A DNA stretch of 56,897 nt from a virus. Its lineage: Duplodnaviria > Caudoviricetes. The notes beneath the pieces were generated by a model. It saw nothing but the letters and a program-made list of their open reading frames with translations. It was not told the DNA's origin and ran no database searches. The position numbers were made by a program, and so were the translations under genes. Numbering within the stretch: the stretch's first letter is position 1; each line of letters opens with the position of its first letter. Positions 48,746 through 56,897 of this stretch are shown here, in pieces. The stretch spans positions 1 to 56,897 of IMG/VR virus record IMGVR_UViG_3300031673_000051; one strand, 5' to 3'.

Positions 48746-51307
48746 TTACATGCCTGACATTTCATACCAATTCTTAGCTCCGTACTCCCAAGAAACACTC
48801 ATCGGAACATCTCCCTGCCAATCAAACATTTTTGAGCACAGAATTTTTTCACCCAACTCAATGACATCTTCCATCTCATCAAGATGAGTATCCAAAATAA
48901 TAGCATCATGAATTTCTGCAACTGACAAAGTTCTAAACTCCCGACGGACTAATTCTGCATCAATTCTATTACCACCAGCTTGTAACAAATGGTACGCTGG
49001 CCCTTGTATTGGAGTATTATACAACTTATTTATATTAAGTGGTCCTGGACGTCTTGCTCCTGTGACCAATTCAACATAACCATTTTTCTGATAATCATGA
49101 ATAGTTTTGAGTTGCCATTCTTTAATATAAGAATATTCATCCCAAAATCTGGCCTGTACCGAAGCTATATACTCCGGATCAAGACCCATTGAGCGGGCTA
49201 TGGAGGCGGGTATTGCTCCATAAATACTGGGGAAAAAGAATCCATTCTTTGATTTATTTCTTATTGCCTTTTGCTCTACTGATTCAGTGTAAACCTCCCC
49301 CTCCCGGCCATAAGCTCTACTCGCCCACATCCAATGTACATTATAACCATCTTGAATCTGTTTTGTGAGTATGGGATCTTTTGAAATCATCGCAGCAACA
49401 CAAATCTCTGCACCAGAAAAATCCGGTTCAAGAAATATGTGTCCCGGCCTTGGAACAATACACCTTCTAAACGTTTTCTGCCGTAAATTATGCTTAAAAA
49501 CATTCTGAATGTTCGGACCGTCACAAGCAGACCGATAAGACCTTGTTATATTAAGACTGTAAGATGGGTGAGCTTTCCAACTGGGATCAACAAGTCGACG
49601 GTACTCCGCAGCTCTTTCCAAAACTTTTAAGCCACTACGGTAAGTGGTGACATTTGTTAAAATCTTCTTAACCTGGAGATCATCTGTCGTACTAAGTATT
49701 TCTGCGAACACATTCTTATCAGTACAGGGTTTCTTACCCGCAGTCATACGCTTTGATGTAAGGGGAACACCACAAATCTCATAGAGCACCTTACCAATGT
49801 GTGCGGGTTTACCTATATCAAATGCTACTCCTTTAGGATCATTTTTGATACTCTCATTATATTTAATAACAGCTGGAGTACCCTTAATGGCCTTCACACA
49901 ATCCTCTATCTCAGTCGTAAAATCATCTTCAACAGCTTTCAAAGCAGTTTCATCTATTTGAATACCATTATATTTATAATTAGCCAATGTGCGGAGGCAT
50001 TGGATGAAAAAATCATTAAACTTCTTTAAATTCCCATCCAACATGGCTTCTTGCTTATAGTAAGCCATTAAAGTATACCGGGAATCCCAACAGTTATAAT
50101 CACACACCTTTTCAAGGGGTTGGTCAAATATCTTAGTGACGTCAACCATCTTCTTGTACACATGCCCCGTCATTTCAAAAACCTGGTAGGCCAATCCGGT
50201 TGTCCTGGCACTACAATTAATCACATGAGCAGTTACCATGGTATCATGTATAAAGTTCGTCATTGACTGTCCAAACTTGTTGCGCCCCCACAATTCCTCC
50301 ATATAATAATTCTGACAGATCTTAGGTGTACTACTTTTCAAAAAATGTTTCCACGCAGCAGATATCCTAACCTGTTCTCCTGAACTAAAAATGCCCTCAA
50401 AACCAAGAGGAATGAAATCCGCATACTCGATGCTATCAGTAAACGATATAGAAGCCACCTGGGCATCCCGTTGAAAAGAATCAAGCATATTAGCTTCATA
50501 ATCAAAGGATACAGGCTTATCATGATCACAATACCCCTCTATAGCAGCAATTGCATCATCAACATTAGTTAAGCACCTATTACCTTCTGCAGTCAATGGT
50601 TGAGGAAGAGGCTCACCAAGATAACTTATTACATTAGCCAAATCATATGCAAGAATCACCTCATCATCGGGAACATCAGCCCTACCCTTTCTCTCCAAAA
50701 AGAAAGCAGGTCGATGTGCACAGCCAACCCAGCAATTTCGTTCGTGGTACGGAAAAATCTTACCATGTAGCAGACCTTCATCTGGTAATTTGCTAAAAGC
50801 CTTGGATTTCAAAACAGCTTGGATCGCAATTGTTCCAAGACAAATAATCAATTCCGGCTGTACTTCTTGTATATCTTTTTCAAGATTTGTAAGACAACAG
50901 TTAATTTGATCCTTCGTTGGAGCCTTATCCCGTCCCCGAGAATCTCTTCCAGGAAAACACCGAACAACATTGGTTCTCGTGCAATCCACATCCAAATCAA
51001 TACCCGAGTAGCCACAGAATTTAGTGAGGAGCCTACCTGCACCCCCTGAAAAATTTCGACCTGCTCTGTCATCCACACCTGAGGGGCTTTGACCAACAAT
51101 CAAGATTCGCTTTCTTCCTTCTCCAAATCTTTTCAATTTGGGATGTCTACACTTATCACAGAGACCACAGGTACTGCAGTCATAAATTTTTGCTGGACGA
51201 GCAGCTTTCTTAACACCGGAGCCCCCGCGTTTTCGCGTGAACCTCTCAGGGTGCTCCTGTTGAAATAACTCCCAACTGTCCATAAAAAATGCAGGTTGTT
51301 TTGACAT
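48746..51307 (-). CDS. polA: Family A DNA polymerase with N-terminal family-4 UDG-like domain and 3'-5' exonuclease (SPO1-like architecture)
   Basis: CxxC.LC...ILIVGQSP...F.G.AG..TNVVRC; exo FDYE, YNCWD; polymerase PNIQN, DFSGAE, K...F..IYG, NTPIQG, IHDA. Confidence 0.92.
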   Translation of the reverse strand: MSKQPAFFMDSWELFQQEHPERFTRKRGGSGVKKAARPAKIYDCSTCGLCDKCRHPKLKRFGEGRKRILIVGQSPSGVDDRAGRNFSGGAGRLLTKFCGYSGIDLDVDCTRTNVVRCFPGRDSRGRDKAPTKDQINCCLTNLEKDIQEVQPELIICLGTIAIQAVLKSKAFSKLPDEGLLHGKIFPYHERNCWVGCAHRPAFFLERKGRADVPDDEVILAYDLANVISYLGEPLPQPLTAEGNRCLTNVDDAIAAIEGYCDHDKPVSFDYEANMLDSFQRDAQVASISFTDSIEYADFIPLGFEGIFSSGEQVRISAAWKHFLKSSTPKICQNYYMEELWGRNKFGQSMTNFIHDTMVTAHVINCSARTTGLAYQVFEMTGHVYKKMVDVTKIFDQPLEKVCDYNCWDSRYTLMAYYKQEAMLDGNLKKFNDFFIQCLRTLANYKYNGIQIDETALKAVEDDFTTEIEDCVKAIKGTPAVIKYNESIKNDPKGVAFDIGKPAHIGKVLYEICGVPLTSKRMTAGKKPCTDKNVFAEILSTTDDLQVKKILTNVTTYRSGLKVLERAAEYRRLVDPSWKAHPSYSLNITRSYRSACDGPNIQNVFKHNLRQKTFRRCIVPRPGHIFLEPDFSGAEICVAAMISKDPILTKQIQDGYNVHWMWASRAYGREGEVYTESVEQKAIRNKSKNGFFFPSIYGAIPASIARSMGLDPEYIASVQARFWDEYSYIKEWQLKTIHDYQKNGYVELVTGARRPGPLNINKLYNTPIQGPAYHLLQAGGNRIDAELVRREFRTLSVAEIHDAIILDTHLDEMEDVIELGEKILCSKMFDWQGDVPMSVSWEYGAKNWYEMSGM

Positions 51308-51310
51308 CTT

Positions 51311-51541
51311 TTACCTACCTCGTAATGCTTCTTGACAACAAATATCGTCTAATTGATTGAGCTCTTCCATCGTTGCCTCGGCAATGGCCTCTTCATAAAG
51401 ATAATATACATCTGACCTATTAGAACCTGTGCGTAACCTTAACTGATGTCCAGATTCGATTCTATCAAGAACTTTATTGACCCAACAAGACTGATTACAA
51501 TCAAGTAAGTCAACCCAAGAATCTCTATCACAACGAGTCAT
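51311..51541 (-). CDS. Hypothetical protein
   Basis: 76 aa ORF. Confidence 0.45.
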   Translation of the reverse strand: MTRCDRDSWVDLLDCNQSCWVNKVLDRIESGHQLRLRTGSNRSDVYYLYEEAIAEATMEELNQLDDICCQEALRGR

Positions 51542-51616
51542 CTGGCCAAGCCATCGGTTCCACCGAGTCCTATACTTCTCAAGATTAGATTTAGACTTTT
51601 CATCTACAACACCTTT

Positions 51617-51835
51617 CTAGTAATATAATGAGGTTACTCGATGCTTATCCTCTTTGGAACCTTTAAGGTACCAATCAGTAGTCATTGAAATGGCTTTTCT
51701 ACCGAGAACCTCACCTTTAATCTTAAAGATGGCCCCACCAGCACTAATGAATTTCTTATCCTCTTCCTCAGTTAAAGGTTCAGACAATACCTGATGAGAA
51801 ACACCCTGCACGTATAAAAAGTTAATTCCATCCAT
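51617..51835 (-). CDS. Hypothetical protein
   Basis: 72 aa ORF directly after the clamp gene. Confidence 0.5.
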   Translation of the reverse strand: MDGINFLYVQGVSHQVLSEPLTEEEDKKFISAGGAIFKIKGEVLGRKAISMTTDWYLKGSKEDKHRVTSLYY

Positions 51836-52897
51836 TTAATCTGCACCTCCTGTCCGCATTAGATACTGTAACTTTTCTGCTTCAAACAAAATCAAACCAT
51901 CAGCATAAAACTTGAAACTTGAACACTTACTTGCTATCTCTCTCAAAAAAGTGGGATTGACTGAAAAGGCTAACTTCAAATCCTCCCTTACCTTAACATC
52001 TATCTGCTCAACAAGATTAGCTTTCTCCGGCACCTTAGAAGTAAGAGTACAAACTCCTCCTTCAATTTCAATTAACATTATCCGATCAAGCGGATTTATA
52101 TCTCCAAGTAAAGTTGAGTGCCGTTCAATAATTGAAGTTAATTTATCACCAAACTCGATCTGTTCATACGTATTGGAACTAGAAAAATATTGTAAAAGTT
52201 CCGGGTATTTTCCTGGAATTAGGCAGGTAGTAATGCACATACCATCCTCCAGGATAGCCATAAGAATATTATCACCAACTGCGGATAAAGAAACAATATC
52301 ACGTTGATACCTCTTTAACAAGTCAATAAACTTAACTGGTATTGTACAGGTAATACCTGAATCCTCTTTTAACTCCCATTTTGTAACTCGGTATCTATCT
52401 GTACTAAAAATTGTATCCTTGTTAAGCTGAACACCACAGTATGGTCCTGCCACAATATCCTTGGAAACTCCAAAGCGGCAAAAACCAAGTGCCTCCACCA
52501 CATCAGACAACAGAAGTGGATCTATACTCACCCGCTCTTCATTATCTGCAAAGGGTGTGGATTGAAACGTAGGCGGAGTTATCACAAAAAACTTTCCCAC
52601 AATCTTATTAGTCTTTATCTTAAGTTCATTCTCTTTAACTTGCAAATCAACTTCTTCTGCACTAAGAGAGATTAAAAGATCAAGAACTTCTTTAGATATT
52701 GAACAGCATAAACCAGTATCAATTGAACAAATTAAATCCGCCAAAATAATTCCATTAGTAGCCTGGATATGATTCCCCTCAATTTGAAAATACTGAAGCT
52801 CAGGCATAAGGGGATTACTTCCAAGCATTGGCGCCATCTTTTCAAGAATCGCCACAAATGTACTTCTATTAATTTTCATCAATAACTCCTCAATCAA
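51836..52897 (-). CDS. dnaN: DNA polymerase III beta-type sliding clamp
   Basis: ~350 aa; MKINR, IQATNG, STDRYR, GKYP, FSVNP.FL, YLM motifs of the three-domain clamp. Confidence 0.85.
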   Translation of the reverse strand: MIEELLMKINRSTFVAILEKMAPMLGSNPLMPELQYFQIEGNHIQATNGIILADLICSIDTGLCCSISKEVLDLLISLSAEEVDLQVKENELKIKTNKIVGKFFVITPPTFQSTPFADNEERVSIDPLLLSDVVEALGFCRFGVSKDIVAGPYCGVQLNKDTIFSTDRYRVTKWELKEDSGITCTIPVKFIDLLKRYQRDIVSLSAVGDNILMAILEDGMCITTCLIPGKYPELLQYFSSSNTYEQIEFGDKLTSIIERHSTLLGDINPLDRIMLIEIEGGVCTLTSKVPEKANLVEQIDVKVREDLKLAFSVNPTFLREIASKCSSFKFYADGLILFEAEKLQYLMRTGGAD

Positions 52898-52902
52898 ATT
52901 TA

Positions 52903-53844
52903 TTAAAATACTGGGGGCTGAATATTCTTATTTAATTTTGGTGGTATGTGCATCAATTCTTCATCCTGTAGTCGGGCATAAAACAAAGTATTCGCCTTCA
53001 ATCTTTCAGCCTGTTCTGTCTTAAGTTTTTCAGAATCAACACCTATCGTCCTAAAATATTCTTCTATCCTTTCAACTATCACAGCAGGATAAGTAATACT
53101 GTAGTGTGAATGCACAGTATCCGTCTTAGCTAGGGAAACATCAGATGCAGATACCACATATGGTGTACACATAAAGTTGTACTTCTTTGTTCTTACATCA
53201 AACTTAGGAACCATAATCCTTCCAAAGCCAGCCTGCTTCAACCAAGTAGTTGAATCAACACTATAGAATGGATACCTTACCATGAATTGGAATCCAGTAA
53301 CTCCGAAACCATGAACCCTGGTACCCAAATTTTTCTGCTCAATATAATCAAAAACTCTATCAAACAAATTCCTGAGACTTCTTACGGGTATTCCACGAGC
53401 AATACCACCAACACCAATGTACTCATATTCGTTAACATACCTCTCTGCCCACTTAAAATCCTCACCATAATGGTACACTGGAACAGGACGAACCCCCCTA
53501 CTCTCCATGTACTTTTGATTCACCCAACCTGCTTCGACATCTCCAATAGCATCAAGATTTGCATAGGCATATAACCTGTGATTCCATTTCAGAATGTAAT
53601 CAATGTAGTCATCCAAATATTTTTGAGTATCCTTAACTTGTACATTCTCCAAAGTAAACGACCCCGAATCCAAGAAAATCTTCACCTCTGGAAGCTCCTC
53701 TAATATCTGGGTTACTTCAGTATGAGCAAAAAATGATTCCAAAGCAAGAATCTTACCCTGACGACCCATTTCTATAAGTTCATCTGTATGCTGTCGCTTG
53801 GATGCAGTAAGGAATCTGGCTAAATATATTCTATTGAAAGACAT
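52903..53844 (-). CDS. dpdA: TGT-fold transglycosylase, DpdA-like (7-deazaguanine insertion into DNA)
   Basis: IFLDSGSFT, YANLDAIGD, PVYHYGE, IGVGG, VHGFG, YSVDSTTW; queD present in the same genome; the DNA substrate is inferred. Confidence 0.7.
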   Translation of the reverse strand: MSFNRIYLARFLTASKRQHTDELIEMGRQGKILALESFFAHTEVTQILEELPEVKIFLDSGSFTLENVQVKDTQKYLDDYIDYILKWNHRLYAYANLDAIGDVEAGWVNQKYMESRGVRPVPVYHYGEDFKWAERYVNEYEYIGVGGIARGIPVRSLRNLFDRVFDYIEQKNLGTRVHGFGVTGFQFMVRYPFYSVDSTTWLKQAGFGRIMVPKFDVRTKKYNFMCTPYVVSASDVSLAKTDTVHSHYSITYPAVIVERIEEYFRTIGVDSEKLKTEQAERLKANTLFYARLQDEELMHIPPKLNKNIQPPVF

Positions 53845-53853
53845 ACTACTCCC

Positions 53854-54078
53854 CTATTTTCGTTCTTCTGGAGCTCCACAATAAATGCAGTTATCCTTGG
53901 CCCGATCTAGTTTATTAAATACACAACAACCAACTGGAGACTTTTGACAAGTCCAACTACCTAATGAATGATATTGACCTACATCCTCTCCAAGATATCT
54001 ATCGAGAATGGTTGATATCTCCTCACGCAGAGTCTGCTGCTCTTATAAAATTTCCTTAATTCTATCTGGATCAGTCAT
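53854..54078 (-). CDS. Small Cys-rich protein interrupted by an in-frame TAA at ~54044
   Basis: MTDPDRIKEIL*EQQTLRE...WTCQKSPVGCCVF...DNCIYCGAPEERK. Confidence 0.5.
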
Positions 54079-54101
54079 TTCAATTTACTCCATCTTAAAT
54101 A

Positions 54102-54167
54102 AAAGCAAAGCTCAGGACAGGAATGGTGTTCCCTGAGTGTACACATCATCATGTGGTTCTTTGCTTT
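54102..54167 (-). ncRNA. Candidate three-way-junction RNA or branched terminator
   Basis: AAAGCAAAG/CTTTGCTTT closing stem, CACAT/ATGTG and CTCAGG/CCTGAG arms, followed by a T-rich tract. Confidence 0.5.
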
Positions 54168-54470
54168 CTATTCAGTGTAACCTCTGGCTCTATCCTCAAC
54201 GTTATCCGGCTCGAAGAAGTATGAATTATAGTTATCAGTTATGATATCCCTATCCTTAAATACTTGCCGCATATCTTTCCACCCTATAGATTGACCAGAT
54301 TCTGCATCTTCAGCTTCAATAAACACGTCAAGTTCTTTGATATACATGCTGTCAGACCCGCCCTCGCCTCCATTATCTGTCCAGAAGCAAATGACTTCAC
54401 CTAATCCACACATATTAAAACGACTTGAACACATTCCATATTCAGAATGCTCTTTCTCTCTAACTTTCAT
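54168..54470 (-). CDS. Hypothetical protein
   Basis: 100 aa ORF; SSRFN..GLGEV, I.DNYN..FFEP motifs. Confidence 0.6.
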   Translation of the reverse strand: MKVREKEHSEYGMCSSRFNMCGLGEVICFWTDNGGEGGSDSMYIKELDVFIEAEDAESGQSIGWKDMRQVFKDRDIITDNYNSYFFEPDNVEDRARGYTE

Positions 54471-55521
54471 CTAACTCTCCCATATACTCCACACATCTTT
54501 TAATCGTAGACTCATACTGCTTTATATCAATGTAGAAAGGATTGAATTTTAATTCCATCAAACGAGTCAGTTTATCCACAAGATCATCCTCACTCGAATA
54601 CAGCAACCGTTCATCACCTACCACTTCTGGATAAGCAAACTGGTTAGGACACAAAGGAATACTATGCAAAACATAAGCTTCTAACTGCCCAATTCCGAAC
54701 GTTTCTTCAGTTTTCAACGAAAGAATTACTTTCGCTTTATTTAAAAGTTTGTAATACTCTTTTCTACTACTGGCCTGAAGAACAGAAACGTCAGTAAACT
54801 TCTGCTTTATTGTATCTATAAGACGAGAGTTACTTTGTTCCAATCTCCCACTAATAAGTATTCCTTTTTTCTCCTCAAAGGGTATGGGTTTGGCATAGGC
54901 TACAACATCCTCTTGATAGAAAGGAAAACCAACCACTACCAAATTATTGAATTTCCTTCCAAAGTAATCCTCAATCTTTTTCGTATGATAGTACGTAGCC
55001 ACAAAAACCTTATCATAGGTGTCAAATATCATCCTATCTATCCATGGCCTACCCTTTGTCCTACTCCAAACATCCCCGTCACACCAGCAACCCGCGTGTA
55101 GGTATCCGCAGGCTTTCAACTTTGGATTCGTCAGTCTCAAAAGCTGGATCGCGGGTGTCATCAATCCTGGAAACTCAACATCTAAACAGAGTATCTTATC
55201 CGGTTTAATTACAGTTAACGCCTGTATTTGTGCACATTCATACTCCAAAGCCTTATAAGGATCAGTGAAATATTTAGTTACCTTGGCAAGAGGAAAGTAG
55301 GGATTATGAGGATCTACCATTTGAAAAGATACATCCAACTTTCTCAACTCACGCCTCCACACTTGGATCCAATCAGCCGTGTATCTATTTTCACAAGGTA
55401 ATTGAGGTAGTACTGTAATCATATTAATCATCCTCAGTGAAACATCTGTCCGTAATTCTTGGTGTAATTCCTGAGCCGTTATCCTCACACGAACAACTTT
55501 CTCTTTTCCATACAAATTCAT
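54460..55521 (-). CDS. GT-B (GT4-like) glycosyltransferase; probable start 55431
   Basis: RYT..W, HAG, FVAT.YH, VVGFP, SRKEYY.LL..AKV..S...EETFG...LEA, P.CPN...YPE. Confidence 0.85.
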   Translation of the reverse strand: MNLYGKEKVVRVRITAQELHQELRTDVSLRMINMITVLPQLPCENRYTADWIQVWRRELRKLDVSFQMVDPHNPYFPLAKVTKYFTDPYKALEYECAQIQALTVIKPDKILCLDVEFPGLMTPAIQLLRLTNPKLKACGYLHAGCWCDGDVWSRTKGRPWIDRMIFDTYDKVFVATYYHTKKIEDYFGRKFNNLVVVGFPFYQEDVVAYAKPIPFEEKKGILISGRLEQSNSRLIDTIKQKFTDVSVLQASSRKEYYKLLNKAKVILSLKTEETFGIGQLEAYVLHSIPLCPNQFAYPEVVGDERLLYSSEDDLVDKLTRLMELKFNPFYIDIKQYESTIKRCVEYMGELDES

Positions 55522-55644
55522 CTCGTGCGGACTATTGTATAAAATGCTCTACACATATTCTTAGTATACCCAAGATTAACCGTTCGAAATACATTTCCGG
55601 TTTTAACCACCCAACAAATTCTAGAAGCCATTATATTCTCCAAT

Positions 55645-56136
55645 CTATACAAAATCCAAAACTATACCTTCAAACAAGAAATATTTCCAATCACTTTCCC
55701 ACAAGGATTTTTGGTCCGGGTAAAACTTGTTAAGTGCAGCTCTCTTTTCTTCCTTATCCTTCTCACTCAACTCTCTGATAAAACTTGCTTCCATACTCAC
55801 GGAATAGTATCCCAACCCACATCCACTTAATCGTGCAATACTATTAACCGCCTTGTGCAGAGGATGATGGTCAGTTACATCAGGTACCAAACAGGTAAAC
55901 CTCTGAGCTCTAGCCAACTCCAAATATTTGTATAACCCCTCAAACTCCAATTGATCTACAGAAAATCCTAACTCATAACCTGCCTTCTTGGCCAATTCGT
56001 AACGTTCTGGAGTTGCATCAAGATATACCACCCAATCAATCAAACCTTTTTTGATTAAGGAGTAACAGCCGATCAAACAATCATCCGGATGGGGAGCAAT
56101 AATAATATTCATATTGTGTACCCTATTCCTTCCCAA
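55645..56136 (-). CDS. PIG-L/LmbE-family deacetylase; probable start 56112
   Basis: IIAPHPDD..IGC, HHPLHKAV, EKR..L...YPDQ. Confidence 0.8.
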   Translation of the reverse strand: MGRNRVHNMNIIIAPHPDDCLIGCYSLIKKGLIDWVVYLDATPERYELAKKAGYELGFSVDQLEFEGLYKYLELARAQRFTCLVPDVTDHHPLHKAVNSIARLSGCGLGYYSVSMEASFIRELSEKDKEEKRAALNKFYPDQKSLWESDWKYFLFEGIVLDFV

Positions 56137-56514
56137 CTACACATTAGTAGCAAAGTTCAGTAACGCGTACAGTTCTATACGATTGGGTGTAGCATTCATG
56201 AAATCCCCGGCCAAACTCGAAATAGTGCACTTATCTGCCTGCATAATGACGGCAACTCCTTCCGTTTTCGGGTAATGTGTAATAAGAACTTCTGACAGTA
56301 TTCCCGCCACATCTCTCATTCCCTGAATGGAATTTGGCAACTCCTTACTATTAAAATACCCATTTACCACATCATCTAAATCATCCAAATTATCATCCGT
56401 AATTAATGCGACAAATGTGAGTATAGGAAGACTGTACCTTCGCATAATTAAAGGCGAATACTCTTTCCCAACTAACTTGGTATTGGGCACTGCTTTTGTT
56501 TTTTCTTTACTCAT
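56137..56514 (-). CDS. Hypothetical protein
   Basis: 125 aa ORF abutting the deacetylase gene. Confidence 0.55.
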   Translation of the reverse strand: MSKEKTKAVPNTKLVGKEYSPLIMRRYSLPILTFVALITDDNLDDLDDVVNGYFNSKELPNSIQGMRDVAGILSEVLITHYPKTEGVAVIMQADKCTISSLAGDFMNATPNRIELYALLNFATNV

Positions 56515-56535
56515 GTAAAACTACTCGCTTTCTAA

Positions 56536-56874
56536 TTATATCTTGTCTCTATGTCTGATTAAAAATTCTTCTTCAGTTTCCGGATGAAAATGGAAAAGCT
56601 CAATGGCAACTTGAGAATGTAAATAGAATGCCATTGCCCGAACAGATGAATCGGGATGATGGTAGGCCAATACCGCAAAGCTATCAGCAAGATGATGAAC
56701 ATAATGCACCGGGCAGTACTCTAATTCGTCCAATGCTTTATCTATCAACGTACTACCCATATCAATTGTTTTCATGTAACTTTGCTTGGTTGGATCAGCA
56801 TCTATTTGACACTTAGATCGAAGCCAACGAGTACATTTCTTGACATTCTGAGTATACTGGTCTGGTGCTCGCAA
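56536..56874 (-). CDS. Hypothetical protein (start may lie further upstream)
   Basis: P.HYVHHL....VLAYHHPD motif. Confidence 0.55.
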   Translation of the reverse strand: MRAPDQYTQNVKKCTRWLRSKCQIDADPTKQSYMKTIDMGSTLIDKALDELEYCPVHYVHHLADSFAVLAYHHPDSSVRAMAFYLHSQVAIELFHFHPETEEEFLIRHRDKI

Positions 56875-56897
56875 ACCACTTAAAAGAATAGACTGCA

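Noticed and set aside
2761-54046. Stop-codon reassignment suggested by in-frame TAA at 2761 and ~54044
   Set aside because: TAA, TAG and TGA all terminate conserved genes at sensible positions and long genes are uninterrupted; local errors explain both cases
56137-56514. QueD-like T-fold assignment for the gene upstream of the deacetylase
   Set aside because: Only a vague secondary-structure resemblance; the catalytic His/Glu motifs are absent
62-56816. Numerous plus-strand ORFs in the supplied track
   Set aside because: They overlap better-supported minus-strand genes, show antisense-type composition (Ser/Ile/Phe-rich) and have no recognisable motifs

Overview
Fragment of a large, AT-rich tailed-phage genome, probably a myovirus or jumbo phage. 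Essentially all credible genes are on the minus strand; the plus-strand ORFs are shadows. In transcription order (right to left) the window holds: (1) a DNA-modification block (PIG-L-type deacetylase, GT-B glycosyltransferase, TGT/DpdA-like transglycosylase) directly abutting (2) a replication/recombination block (beta clamp, UDG-fused family A polymerase, DnaX-like clamp loader, gp32-like SSB, UvsY-like protein, RecA, RuvC-like resolvase, Mre11/SbcD and a Rad50/SbcC split into separate genes); (3) HPRT-like, QueD and a small membrane gene; (4) a packaging block (two GroES homologues, intein-containing terminase, sigma factor); (5) a nucleotide-pool block (kinase, MazG, dATP/dGTP diphosphohydrolase, deoxyribosyltransferase-like, Cas4-like nuclease), tRNA-Leu and tRNA-His; (6) a T4 gp20-like portal with a mini-intein; and (7) many small accessory genes plus acidic proteins sharing an N-terminal leader resembling a capsid-targeting sequence. 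The best candidates for undescribed biology are a clamp-tethered 7-deazaguanine insertion system coupled to glycosylation/deacetylation, and a leader-tagged, head-packaged polyprotein of repeated domains plus an ADP-ribosyltransferase-like domain. About nine apparent single-base indels and two in-frame TAA stops suggest sequencing error, so gene breaks need read-level checks. All family assignments come from motif recognition by eye; no searches were run.
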